In this document: positions 38,130 to 50,469 of the stretch, in pieces
Numbering within the stretch: the stretch's first letter is position 1
Layout: every line of letters begins with the position of its first letter
Assembly (NCBI RefSeq): GCF_009834535.1
Contig: NC_045696.1
Coordinates: forward strand, 114,330,001-114,394,000
Length of the DNA stretch: 64,000 bases
From: Camelus ferus
Taxonomy: Eukaryota
Reading direction: 5' to 3'
Made by a program: the position numbers and the translations under genes
The notes under the pieces: model-generated
The model's input: the letters and a program-made list of their open reading frames with translations, nothing else
Database searches by the model: none
Told to the model about the DNA's origin: nothing

Positions 38130-38619
38130 ACCAGCTCTCGCACCCACAGACTGACTTTGCAGCCCGGTGAACGGGTAGCCTGGTTCCCAGATACCGCATA
38201 CTAAGCGTCTTCAGCGATGTGGGCTCCACTTTATGTGTCTTTCTACTTTTTCTCTCTCAATACTAACATTGTTCACCTTTCTCTGTGACCCTTTTGAGAA
38301 GGTGATGGTGCGTGGAAGAATCTAGTCCAGATTTCTGACTAGAAAATATTACTACGAGAAGGCTTTCCAGGCCGTGCATTTAAGGGGAATCTTCATTAAA
38401 AGTGTGAGGACTCCGTTACTCCTGAAGGGGTCATTCTTCTGAGTGAACTTAATTTGGAACTGGTAAGGCAATAAAGTCGCTAATTTAATCTACGTCTCAG
38501 GGAAGGTCTTTTGTCCCTAACTATAAAATTGTATCCTCAATCAATCAGCAAGTTTTCATAAATGGCGAAGCAGGACTTTTTTTCAAGTAAAGACATGGCT
38601 TATGCTAAATGGAAATCTT

Positions 38620-38788
38620 TTTTTTTTAATTGAAGTGTAGTTGATTTACAGCGTTAGTTTCAGGTGTGCAGTAAAGTGATTCAGTTATACCTATACATAT
38701 ATATATATATTTTTTTCTTTTCAGAGTCTTTTCCATTATCTGTTATTACAAGAAATTAGATATAGTTCCCTGTGCTAGACAGTAGGTC
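38620..38788 (-). mobile_element. Short L1 3' end
   Basis: Perfect 15-bp TSD ctaaatggaaatctt (38605-38619, 38789-38803). Confidence 0.92.
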
Positions 38789-39819
38789 CTAAATGGAAAT
38801 CTTAAATGGAATTATTTGTCTATAATAGGGGACTCTTCCCATTCATGTTTTTGGGGTTTGAGAGTTTCCAAGCCAAGTAACTCTTCATCAGTTTAGGTTT
38901 TAATGTCATTAACTTAGTGTCATATTTTACGGTGAACTGTAAAAGCTGTAAAATTTAATTTAGATTGTCCTTATTACATCTAAGTGGCTGAGTGGTTATG
39001 GAATAACCTTTAATAACTCTGTATGAAGCTTGCTTTTACTTTACTGATTCATTTAGTATAGTGAAAATGGAGAAGGCTACAAGCTGGTTCTGGTGATGCT
39101 GCAGTAGGGCTGTTTGACCACGGGCCATGATTTCTGTTCCTTTGAGCCTCAGCTTCTCCATGTATCACATGGCTGTGCTGTCCAGATCGGTGGTTTTAAA
39201 CTCTTCTCCAGAAGAAGGATCATCTAGAGAGCTTGTCAGAATGCAGTTGCTGGGCCTCAGTCCCACAGACGCTGATCCACCAGATGTGACTGTTGGCCTC
39301 CCGACTGGTGTCTGTGCCCCGATAGGCCACCCCCTTGTTCAGAGCAGGACCAGTCCTCCGCCCTGTATGCACGCTCTTTATGCTCCAGTCCTATAATCTA
39401 CTCAAGGAAAAGGCTCCAGAAAGTGCCTTCTTCCTCTCTCCTACCATCATTTCTCCCTCTCTCCACAGACTCATTCACAAAGCTCACAAATATATATATA
39501 TTTTTAAATCTCTTTTGTCCTAAAACAATCCCTCTGGTTCCCAAACCCTTTCCTTCCTTTCGTTTCCTACCGGAATATGTTAGTCCCAGATATTTCACGT
39601 CAGATCAGGCTAATTCTCTTTTTCTGCCTTGAGGAGAATAGCATCAAGAGCAGTAATATTCTGAGCCGAATGATGGTTAGAATAGCTCACATTAAATATG
39701 TGAGCTTCCTCCAGTCCAGACATTTGGAGTCTCCTCCCTTGGCGTTCCTTCAGTCCTCACGTTACTCCTACAGAATTGATCATCTCCTTTGGCCTTTGAC
39801 TCTTTGATTAAGACCTCAG

Positions 39820-41770
39820 GTTAATTGCTTCCTCTTTAAGATCAACTTAAAGTCATTTTGTCAAAGTTCAAAATAACATTTCATGGGAGTTTAGACTGAG
39901 ATTGTGCGAAACTCATAAATTCACGCTGGGGGCAATGACCTCTTTATGATATCATGTCTTACCACCCAAGAATACCTATTAACTGAATCTTCTCTTTTGT
40001 TAAAAAACAACAACAACAACAAACTTTAGTTTTTAGAGCAGTTTTAGGTTCACAGCAAAACGGAGCAGAAAGGACAGAGAGTTCCCCTATGCCCCTGTCT
40101 CCTACATGTGCACAGCCTCCTCCACCACCAACACCAGAGGGTGCATTTGTTACAAATGATGACGCTCCACTGACACATCTCAGCACCCAACGTCCATAGT
40201 TTACATGAGGGTTCTTTCTTAGTGTTTTTGTTCTAGGTGTTTGGACAAATGTCTAATGGCATATATCCACCATTGTAGGAGCACACAGGATAGTTTCACT
40301 GCCCTACACATCCTCTGTGCTCTGCCTTTTCAACCTTCCCCTCACCAAACCCCTGGCAGCCACTGATACTTCACTGTCTCAATAGTTTGGCCTTTTCCAG
40401 AATGTCATATAGCTGGGATCATGCAGTATGCAGCCTTTTCAGATTGGCTTCATTCACTTAGTAATGTGCATGTAAGTTTCTTCCATGACTTTTCATGGAT
40501 GGATAGCTCATTTCTTTCCAGCACTGAGTAATATTCCATTGTGTGCATGTTCCACAGTTTACTTATCCATCCTCCTACTGAAAGACGTCTCGGTTGTTTC
40601 CACGTTTTGGCACTTATGAATAAATAGAGCTGCTGTAAACATCCATGTATGGGTTTTTGTGTGGACACAATATTCAGCTCATTTGAGTAAATGCCAAGGA
40701 TTATGACTGTATGTTTATTTTTGTAAGAAACTTTCAGGCTGTCTCCCAAAGTGCCCATACCATTTTGCATTCCCACCAGCAATGAATCAGAGTTCCTGCT
40801 GCTCCACATCTTCACCAGAACTTGGTGTTACCACTGTTGTGGATTTTAGTTTTTCTAAAAGATGTGAAGTGGTATTGCACTTTAGTTTTAATTTACATTT
40901 TCTTGATGACTTATGACATGAAAAATCTTTTCATATGCTTATTTTTTCATCTATATATCTTCTTTGGTTTGTTGTCCATTGATGTCTTTGATTCATTTTT
41001 GAATGCTTTTTTTCTAATTGTTAAGTCTTATGAGTTCTATGTTATTTTGGATAACAGTCCTTTATCACACGTCTTTTGTTAATATTTTCTCCCAATCTGT
41101 GACTTGTCTTCTCATTCTTTTGACATTGCCTTTTGCAGAACAGAAGTTTTTACTTTTAATGAAGTCCAGCTTACCAACTATTTCTTTCATAGATTGTGCC
41201 TTTGGTGTTGTATCGAAAGAGTCATCACCATATCCAAGTTCATCTAGACTTTTCTCCCATCTTATCTTCTAGAAATTCAATAGTTTCACATTTTACATTT
41301 AGATTATGATTGATTATGAGCTAAATTTTATGAAGAAAGTAAGTTCTGTGTCTAGATTTATCTTTTTTTTTTTTTTTGCATGTGGACATCCAGTTGCTGT
41401 AGCACCATTTGTTGAAAAGACTAGCTTTGCTCCATTGTATTGCCTTTGTTTCTTTGTCAATCATCAGTTGACTATATTTATGTGGGTCCGTTTCTGGGCT
41501 CTCCATTCTGGTTCATTAATATTTGTGTATTTTTTCACACTGTCTTGTGGAAATTGGTGAAGGAAAGAAAGCTTTATACTAAGTCTTAAAGTCAGGTAGT
41601 GTTAGTCCTTCAACTTCGTTCTTCCTTCAGTATTGTGTTGGCTATTCTGGTCTTTTGCCTGGCCATAGAAACTTTAGAATCAGTGTGTCAGTGGCCACAA
41701 AATAGCTTGCTAGGATTCTCATTGGGATTGCATTGAATTTATAGATCAATTTGGCAAGAACTGATTCCTT
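39820..41770 (-). mobile_element. Old L1 (L1MB/MC-like) 3' UTR plus ORF2 C-terminal part (~40010-41770), preceded by an older L1 piece
   Basis: ORF 41321-41506(-) SPETDPHKYSQLMIDKETKAIQWSKASLFNKWC is L1 ORF2; 3' UTR ttttagagcagttttaggttcacagcaaaa. Confidence 0.9.
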
Positions 41771-42054
41771 CCATAGGTTTTTTTTTTTTTCAAAAAATAT
41801 TGCAAATTACTGAGAGTGAGGTAATTTAACAACATGATGCAAAAGTCAATTTCCTTTAAACACCTAGGGTGAGGGATGAAATCTAGCTGTCACGTGGCTT
41901 AGGGTGACAGTTTTAGGATTCTCTGATCCCTCTGCTGACATATGAAATAAAGAATTTTATCTGATATGAATCCACTGTTTTCCTTTATTCCATAAATCAT
42001 TGAACATGCAAATTCTCGCAGCAGGTGAGAAGGGTCAAACATAACATAGAATGA

Positions 42055-42270
42055 AGAAGCATGGTGTTTGGAATCTGTGGGCTAGGATTTGAGTGGTGGA
42101 CCTTTGGCTAATGAACTAGATGGCTGCGGGGAGTTTAGTTCACCTGCTTAAATGTAGCATGAAGATGGTGTTGGTACCATTTAACTTATCGGGGTTGGAA
42201 AAATACATGGACAATGATCAGCAGAGTGCGTGGCGCATAGTAGGGACTCAGTACATGTTAGCTGTTTTTA
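42055..42270 (+). mobile_element. MIR SINE
   Basis: cagagtgcgtggcgcatagtagggactcagtacatgttagctgtt. Confidence 0.65.
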
Positions 42271-43509
42271 AACAACGAGGCATAGAGCACTAAATGATAA
42301 CCGGCCCCTACTTGAAGTAAGGAGCTTCAAGAGCTTTGATAGTTTTGTGAGGGAACAGAGACCAATCTAAACACAACCATAATCTTCCTGCCAATACTGG
42401 GTATATTTCACTGACATCCACGGGTGACACCCTTCAGGGACTTTGATAGTGTTGTGCCAATAATTTATGAATGTGGAAATCATTAGATGTCCTTTTATGT
42501 TGTTACATACTTGTGACAGTCTCTGTGGCAAGACTTTTGATGGATATATTGAAAATACTGTGTTCTTAAAGTGAGTGCTTCCAAACATTGCTTGTGTAAA
42601 ATGATGCAATTTTCAGTGAAGAGTACAGGACTTTAGTGAAAGCTAAAGCAGAAAAGGAAAGAAAAATGGGAGATAAGATAGAACAGTGGGGAAAAAAATC
42701 ACTGAACCCAAACCCCAAAGACCATGAATGAGCCTTGGAGATTAACCGCCACCTTCTCATGGTGTCTGTGTTCTGAGTTCCAGACAATTGACTTATAAAC
42801 ACATTTGGAAGTTTGAACCTACTTGCTTATTGGAGAAGGCTGGTATTAGAATTATGATAGAATTTAGGAGTGGTACCACTATTCAGGAAGACTCTCAGGT
42901 CTCTGACTAGTGGTTTGGAAGTGTTATCAGTTCTCTTCTGTTTGGAAGAGAATAAAAAGAAGCAAGAGAAACAGTGTCCACAGCCACCGTGGGAGTTATT
43001 TTCAGTAAACGGCCTTATTGAAATAATTTTAGCCCCAGAAAAGGGTATGAGATGAATTGTAGCCCTGACATCTCCCCACATGAGGAATGTTCTCCACAAT
43101 TCCTGTTAGCACTTCAGACTTACCTTTTGGTGTCTTCTGAAATAGGAGAAAAATTTGCTGCCCTCCAGTCCTGCCGAATGAATTGCAGTTTCCCATCCAT
43201 GGTGCACCGTTTCTGACCTCCCGGCCGTAGCACACGGAACTCTTTCTGTCTAGACAACACCTTCCTACTATGTCTGTTCCTTCCCTTTGTCCATTGTCCT
43301 TTCCTCACTTCACATCAGCTCCCTGAGTTCCAAGAAGTGCCCGAGGGAGCTGATGTGTACGTGGTTTTGAATCATTTTTGTAGCTGGTGTTTACTGACTG
43401 CCTCTGCTATGGACGACCCTATACCAGGAACTCTAGAGGAATAATAAAATGACAAACCCAAACCCACATCAACAACCTTGCCTTTTTTCCCCAGATTATT
43501 TATTTATTT

Positions 43510-43835
43510 TTAAGTCAACTGTACTTCAATTAAAAAACAAACAAACGAACAGCCCATGGGCAGAAGAGCTGAACAGACATTTTTCCAAAAGAGGAAATGC
43601 AGATGGCCAACAGGAACATGAAAAGCTGCTCAACATCACCAAATATCAGGGAAATGCAAATCAAAATCATAATGAGACACCATCTCACACCTGTCAGAAT
43701 GGCCATCATCAAAAAGAACACAAATAACAAACGTTGTCAGGGATGTGGAGAAAAGGGAACCATCGTGCACCGTTGGTGGGAACGTAAATCAGTGCAGCCA
43801 TCATGGAAAACAATATGGAGATTTCTCAAAAACCC
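43510..43835 (+). mobile_element. L1 ORF2 C-terminal fragment
   Basis: ORF 43597-43854 [42 protein letters not shown]. Confidence 0.9.
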
Positions 43836-44275
43836 AACAACAAGACCACCTTGAGGTGTTTGTGTCAAGTGTAAAATGGACTGCCACACAAGAGCAAATA
43901 ACTATGACATTGTGCTATCACGTCGAGGAAGAATTGAAGAAGGAGAAACTTTCCACAGGGAAAAGGAGTCGGGAAGGAGAGGTGCTTCTTGGTGGATGTG
44001 CCCCTGAGCTGGATCCAGACATCGGGGAAGGGTTTCAGCAGGGCAAGTCACAGGCAGAAGTCATGACCAGACAGGCCTGCAGAGGCCAGAACGCTCAGAC
44101 GGTGTCTTTTTAGTACAGTACTAAGCCCCTCAGCAGCTGGAACGTTCCCTGATTCCCCAGGGAACACACAGAATCAAGAGGCTGCCCTGACCTGCTGTCA
44201 GAGTTTTGAGACCTTATGGGAGCTGCCGTCGCCATGGCAGCAAGTCATGATGCTTAGAGATCATACTAAGGTTTT

Positions 44276-45036
44276 TTTTGTTTGTTTTTTGATTGAAGTA
44301 CAGTCAGTTACAATGTGTCAATTTCTGGTGTACAGCACAGTGTCCCAGTCATGCATATACATATATGTATATTCATTTTCATATTCTTTTTCATTAAAGG
44401 CTATTACAAGATATTGAATATAGTTCTCTGTGCTATATACAGAAGAAACTATTTTTAAAATCTGTTTTTATAATAGTGACTAACATTTGTAAATCTCAAG
44501 CCCCCAAATGTATCCCTTTCCACCTCCTTTTCCCAGTAACTGTAAGATATTGTTAACTATGTCTATGAGCCTGTTTCTGTTTTGTAGATGAGTTCATAGT
44601 GTCCTTTTCTTTCTTTCTTTCTTTTTTTTTTTTTTAGATTCTACATATGAGTGATCTCATATGGTATTTTTCTTTCTCATTGTGGCCCACTTCACTTAGA
44701 ATGATGATCTCCAGGTCCATCCATGTTGCTGCAAATAGCATTATTTTATTCTTTTATATGGCTAAGTAGTATTCCATTGTATAAATATACCACAACTTTT
44801 TTATCCAGTCATCTGTTGATGGACATTTAGGCTGTTTCCATGTCTTGGCTATTGTATACTGTGCTGTTATGAACATTGGGGTGCAAGTGTCTTTTCAAAT
44901 TAGAGTTCCCTCTGGATATTTACCCAGAAGTGGGATTGCTGGATCATATGGTAAGTCTATTTTTAGTTTTTTGAGGGCTGTCTATACTGTTTTCCGTAAT
45001 GGCTGCACCAAACTACATTCCCACCAGCAGTGTAGG
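44276..45036 (-). mobile_element. Young L1 3' end
   Basis: 11-bp TSD actaaggtttt (44265-44275, 45037-45047). Confidence 0.92.
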
Positions 45037-46094
45037 ACTAAGGTTTTGATGCAGGAGCAACTCATGTTCTTTGCATTAGACTTTAGCATAAAATTGCACA
45101 ATAAAACTCATATTTCATAATAAGGGTAATCGAAAGTGGTATTATGAAAGCTAGGAAGTGAAAGTGTACTGTTGTCACCTTGGCCACAGTTTGGAAATAT
45201 TTGCTTTTTGCTCTCATTAGGGACATTGTCATTCCCTGATGGGCATCTGACATTTTCTGCTGTACAGAACCTTTCTGGGAGCAGGTTATTTAGCTGCTTT
45301 CCTCACCCTGGGCCAAAGGCTGTCACTTAGACCCCTGTGTTTCCTTCCTGTTTTCTGTAACACCAAGATCACTTCAGTCCTAAGCATCCCAGCTCAGACC
45401 ACCTCATAGAGCCCCGATCTTTCCGGACACGACACAGTTCTCTAAAACAAAAAGACTGTAGAGAAAATGGAGTTTCTTTCTGGAGAGAGAATTAGTGGTA
45501 AACAGCTACCAAATTTAGACATTTTCTCCTTAAGCCAGACAGCCAGAATGATTCACCTCTATTGCATTTCTATTCTACCTTTTATGAGCCTCTCCGCCCC
45601 CGCCCCGCCCTGCCCCAATACGGTTGGAACAGTGAGTAGGTCAGAACGACTGGAATACAAGACATGTGTAGATGAGACAGAAAAAGTAATCTGTGCAAAG
45701 TTGTTAAGAGCCTTTAATATCAGATTTAACATTTAATTTGATAATTTAGTATCAGATGAAGTCTCGCATTTTTTGAGTGGATAACTGAGTGTTAGATGGG
45801 ATATTATTAAAAGGATATTTTACTGGTTAGATTTGTCTGGAGGCTGATTAACCAGGTATGTTGGAGCTAGGATGGTGAGAACGAAGAGAAGTATTAGGAA
45901 GGCATTTTTATGATCAGAAGAGGGAGAGCCGTTTACAGAGGGCTGATAGCAGTGAAGAAAGAAAGATCAAATAAGAATAACTTTCAAAGAAACCATAATC
46001 CTTTTGTCAGATAGATCGTCTTCATTTCTTCTAGGTCACGAGTGTATTTTAGCGTAACAGAATTATTTCTTTCCAGAATATCAACACCTCCCAG

Positions 46095-46385
46095 TTATTT
46101 TAACGTGTTCTATATGTAAGATGATTTACATACATTTTGTAATCACCATAAACAACCCATTGAGGTAAGTCACAACTATTCCCATATTACAGATGAAAAA
46201 ACGGAGACTCACTTAAGTGGATAATATACCAAATATTACATGGCAAGTAAATGATAGTGCCGGGGGATTTGAACCCATATCTGCCTAACAGAAAAATCCA
46301 CACTTAACATTGTAAAATGACTATAACTCAATAAAAAATGTTAAAAAAAGAGAAAAATCCATATGCTTCTATTACACAAAGTTGA
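46095..46385 (-). mobile_element. MIR SINE interrupted by a ~50-bp plus-strand L1 terminus (46301-46350)
   Basis: cccatattacagatgaaaaaacggagactc; insert flanked by TSD agaaaaatcca (46290-46300, 46351-46361). Confidence 0.8.
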
Positions 46386-47759
46386 CTTTCTGTGAACAAA
46401 ATATACTGTAGCTTCTCCTAAACAGTATTATTTCATGAAAGAACTTGAAAATAGTCCTTGCATAAAGACTATGGAGTAAAAAACAATGGACTGAATCAGT
46501 CAGAAGAGTTACATTTTTCCAATAGCCAGGCACATTTTCTAGTTATTGATTGCATTAGCTAGATTTTAAGACCAGACAGTGTTTTTCACAAATGAAATTT
46601 CAAGAGCTCTACCTTCTTTCTGACAAGCTCAAGTTCTGGGGTGAATCTTATGGAGTTGGCCGAAATCAAGTGAATGCTTAAATGATTTTATTCCTACCAA
46701 TTCCTTTAAAAATCAGGTTTCTAAAATGATGTGTCTGCTTAAATCAAGATGTTGGTACTCAAATAGAGTTAATTTTATGGGGACAGCGTATCTTGAAGGA
46801 TTACCCATTACCAGCATGAAAATCCATTTTCCAGTATTTTCTAGATGTTGAAAGGCATCCTTTTGATTATAAGCATTATTTCAGTAAGAAAGCTGATTGA
46901 ACATCTTTCCATCAGACAGATGATCATTTTTCTCTATAAGCTTCAAGAGAAAAAAATTAATACAGGGCACCCATTGGAAAATTTTGTTTAAATGTTTTTA
47001 GGAGACAGGGATTGGAGAGACTGTAAACGTGGTTCTTCATGTTAATCAGAATGCAGGGTGCCCTGAGTCCTCTATAGGAATCCAATCCTCTATTTCCTTC
47101 TTTTCTTTTACTTCTGGTTTGATTTGTTTTTGTTTGGGGGCTTTATAGTAAGGGGAAGGCATGGTCAATTTTGAATGGCAATGGGTATCACTGATCCGCA
47201 GTCCCTAATGCTTTTATTCTAGCTCCCAGGGGCCATCCACCCACAGATAGGACCTGGGGATTCCACATTAACACAGGAGAAAACAAAGATCATTTAACCA
47301 GAAGTATCTCTGTGTATTTTCTTAGCCTGTGCTGAGCAATGTGTTTTGGGCATCAGGCAATTTCCTGTGTCTACCTGACTCTTAAATTTAATGAAATCCC
47401 CAAATCTCCTCCCAATTTACATTTCACTCAGTCCTACTCACATGGTGGTTTGGGAGAGAGGGAATTTTTTTTCTGATACTATCTTGTCCAGGGGCCACGA
47501 GAAAACTCAGCCCTACCCCTTCAAATTGAAAATCCTAAATGGTCTAGATTTCACAGATCACTTCAGGGAACTGTCTATTTTTCACTTTTCTCAGTCATTT
47601 CTTTGAATCATCGGGTGTTATAAATCATCCCAGATAAAGGAGTCCCCAGGTCTTAAGAGTGATGTTCTAAGACAATTGGCCAAGAAAACAAAACAAAGAA
47701 ACAACAGCAACAACAACAAAAATAATGCAATTGAACACCTCACAGGTATGTTTCCATGA

Positions 47760-48360
47760 GTGGATTTATTTAGCAGATTTTCATCATAAGATTGATGTGC
47801 TTGAGGAGCTGTTTGAGGTGCTTGGAATATATGGATGATAAAAAATCCTTGCCTTCAAAAGTTTTCATCCTAACAGGGGGTCAAGGGTGGGGGGCTTGAG
47901 AGCAGAGAAGTCATAAGTGTATGGTTAAAAACAAGCAAAGTTCCTGAGGAGAATCACCATTTTAGACAGGTGGTCAGGGTGGGGCTCATCCAGAAGGTGA
48001 GAACCGAGCAATCTTAAGTAGGTGAGAGGGGAAACCATGTGAATATTGGAGGCATGAGAGGTCCAGCAGAGGAGAAAGCCAGTTCAAAGGGTCCAAAGCA
48101 GGAGTAGGCTTGGTGTGTTTGAAGAACATGGTGCAGACTAGGGTGACTGTAGCGAGGTGAGCAAAAGGGAAATGGTAGGAGGTGAGGTGGGAGCCATAAC
48201 ATGAGACGGGTGTGCAGGGGTCCTGTGGCAGGGTTTCTGGGCAGAAGAGCAGCATGATTTGGCTGATCTTTTAAAAAGATGGTTGCTGATTCCAGAAGTG
48301 ACTTGAAACAGGAACACTCTTTAAAGGCTGATGCAATAATCCGGGGAGAGAGAGTGAACA
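47760..48360 (-). mobile_element. L2 fragment
   Basis: gtggtcaggg..gcttggtgtgtttgaagaaca..tgcaataatccggggaga. Confidence 0.8.
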
Positions 48361-50109
48361 CTCTTATTTATTTCATAATGTTATTGTGACAATCAAATAA
48401 GTATGCATGCATAAACACTTGGTAAAAAACAACTTTCCAAAATTTTTTTTTGTTGGATGTACTGTTCTTTGATTTCTAAGTCATATTTTAACATTTTAAA
48501 GAGGTCAGAGTACAGAAAAATTTCGACTCACTGAAACCCTCAGAGTGGTAATCATTTTTACTTCTGATTTTAACTGAAAGAGGCAAATGGAAAATAAACT
48601 CAGATCAGAAATTAGCAACTCCAGTAGAGGGGTGGGATTGTTTTATGCCCAAGAAATAACACACTGATAACTGACATTCATAGTGATGACTTCGAATATA
48701 TGTTCACTGAAAACGGCTGTATATAATGAGCCCGTACCTGGAAGGGGTTTATAGTCAAACCTAAGGCCATAAGAAGTTTAATAAAGCAGAACATTCCCTG
48801 ACCGAGACATCCCAGTTATTGAGTTCTTTTGGGTTTTGTGTGCAGGTTTTGCTCAAAGAAATTTATTCATTACTAGGGGTTCACAGAAAGCAATGAAGCT
48901 TGGCCACTAGTCTTTTTTTTTTTTTTTTTTAACTATCCTAGTACTTGCAAATATTTTAAGATAATTCATCTTGGGAATTTCCTCAAAGAAAAAAACAACA
49001 AAAATTGACTATTTAAGTATTTTATTATTAGCATTCCTTTTTTTTTCTTTAACACATCAAATGGAGCAATCCTGACTTTTTAAGGATTCACTTTTAATAT
49101 ACTGTCCAAAAATGAACTGCTGACAATGATAGATGCTTGAGTGCCCATAATATCAGTTATCTCCTCTTGGCACTCAATTTTATTTTTCTACCTGTAACAA
49201 ATTCCTAGGTAACAAGCTGGATAAATATGCTCTGAGGGCAAGTATTGATTTAATAAATTCTTGAAATTTTTTTTTTGCTGCAGACAAAAAGTCCTCAATA
49301 AAGCAAATTTTATAAGGGTTCAATGATATACATGGAACAAGTCAACAGGTAGCAGGGTAACTCTCAAGCTTCCATTTCTCTTGATGATACAATGTTTCGT
49401 GTCACCTGCGGCATCTTGGTGAAGCCACGGACAGACTTTATCTCACTGATAAAAGTGAACCATGAAGACCATGCCTGCCTGAAAGCAGGAGCCTGGTCTA
49501 CCCAAGTAGCCCCTTTGATTCTATGTCCTGAGGATTTTCTTCAGAGTTGACTGCTATGACCGACACTTTCTCTTCCTATGAAACAGCAGAATAAATTGAT
49601 GAGTCTGTCCATGATAAATAGAAATGTCCCATCTGCTGTTATGTACCATTTTGACTTTACATTCCATCAACAAATTGCTCTAACAGCCATGCCAACTGGC
49701 GAGAATAACTCTTGAAAAAAAAAAGTCCTTCTTTCTATTTCCACTCCATAATGAACTTTAAATTCTGTATCCTTTACTTGCTTTTCTTGCGCTCATCAAA
49801 TTTAGGCATAAACATTTTATCAACTCTGATTTGGGTTACTAATCCATGGATACTGCCGCCCAGCTTGGTTTATATTATAAAGATTAATGCCACTCAATAG
49901 TCTTTCCTCTTTGTCTAACAAACACATTTTCCTCAAAACTATGTAACTTATTTGGGAGAATAATCACATGCTGTTTTATTAAAAGAGCAGTCTTCAGTCA
50001 TTCTAAACTCTCTTTAACAAGTTTCTTTTTGAGTTTTTCAAATTTGGGGAAATAGAATGTGATATACTATATTCTGTTATGAAGAGTTTTACAATAACTG
50101 TTGGTTCTG

Positions 50110-50236
50110 TGTGCATGTGTCTTTTCAATTAGATTTTTCATATTTTCTGGGTAAATGCTCAGGAGTGGGACTGCTGGATCATATGGTTACTCTAGCTTTA
50201 GTTTTTTAATGGAACCTCCATACCGTTCTCCATAAT
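50110..50236 (-). mobile_element. Internal L1 fragment with no tail
   Basis: gtgcatgtgtcttttcaattag..caggagtgggactgctggatcatatgg..aacctccataccgttctccataatg. Confidence 0.85.
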
Positions 50237-50469
50237 GCAATAGTCTCAAACGAAGTTTTCCTTGTCTGTTTAACTCTATCTGGTGCAATCTTTCACTGAC
50301 AGCTCTCCATGTGTTTGTTTCCTCTCTCCTGGATGGTAGTATAACTTAGAAGAAAACTTAGTTATTTTTAATTTCTGCACATTAAAGATATCATTGTAGA
50401 AAACAATATGTTCTAATGATTTTTAATTGTTTTGAAGCAAATAACTTCAAGGACACACATCTTTAAAAT

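Noticed and set aside
48680..48805. gtgatga..ctga C/D-box snoRNA-like pair
   Set aside because: The nearest D box is too close, and the farther one has no terminal stem.
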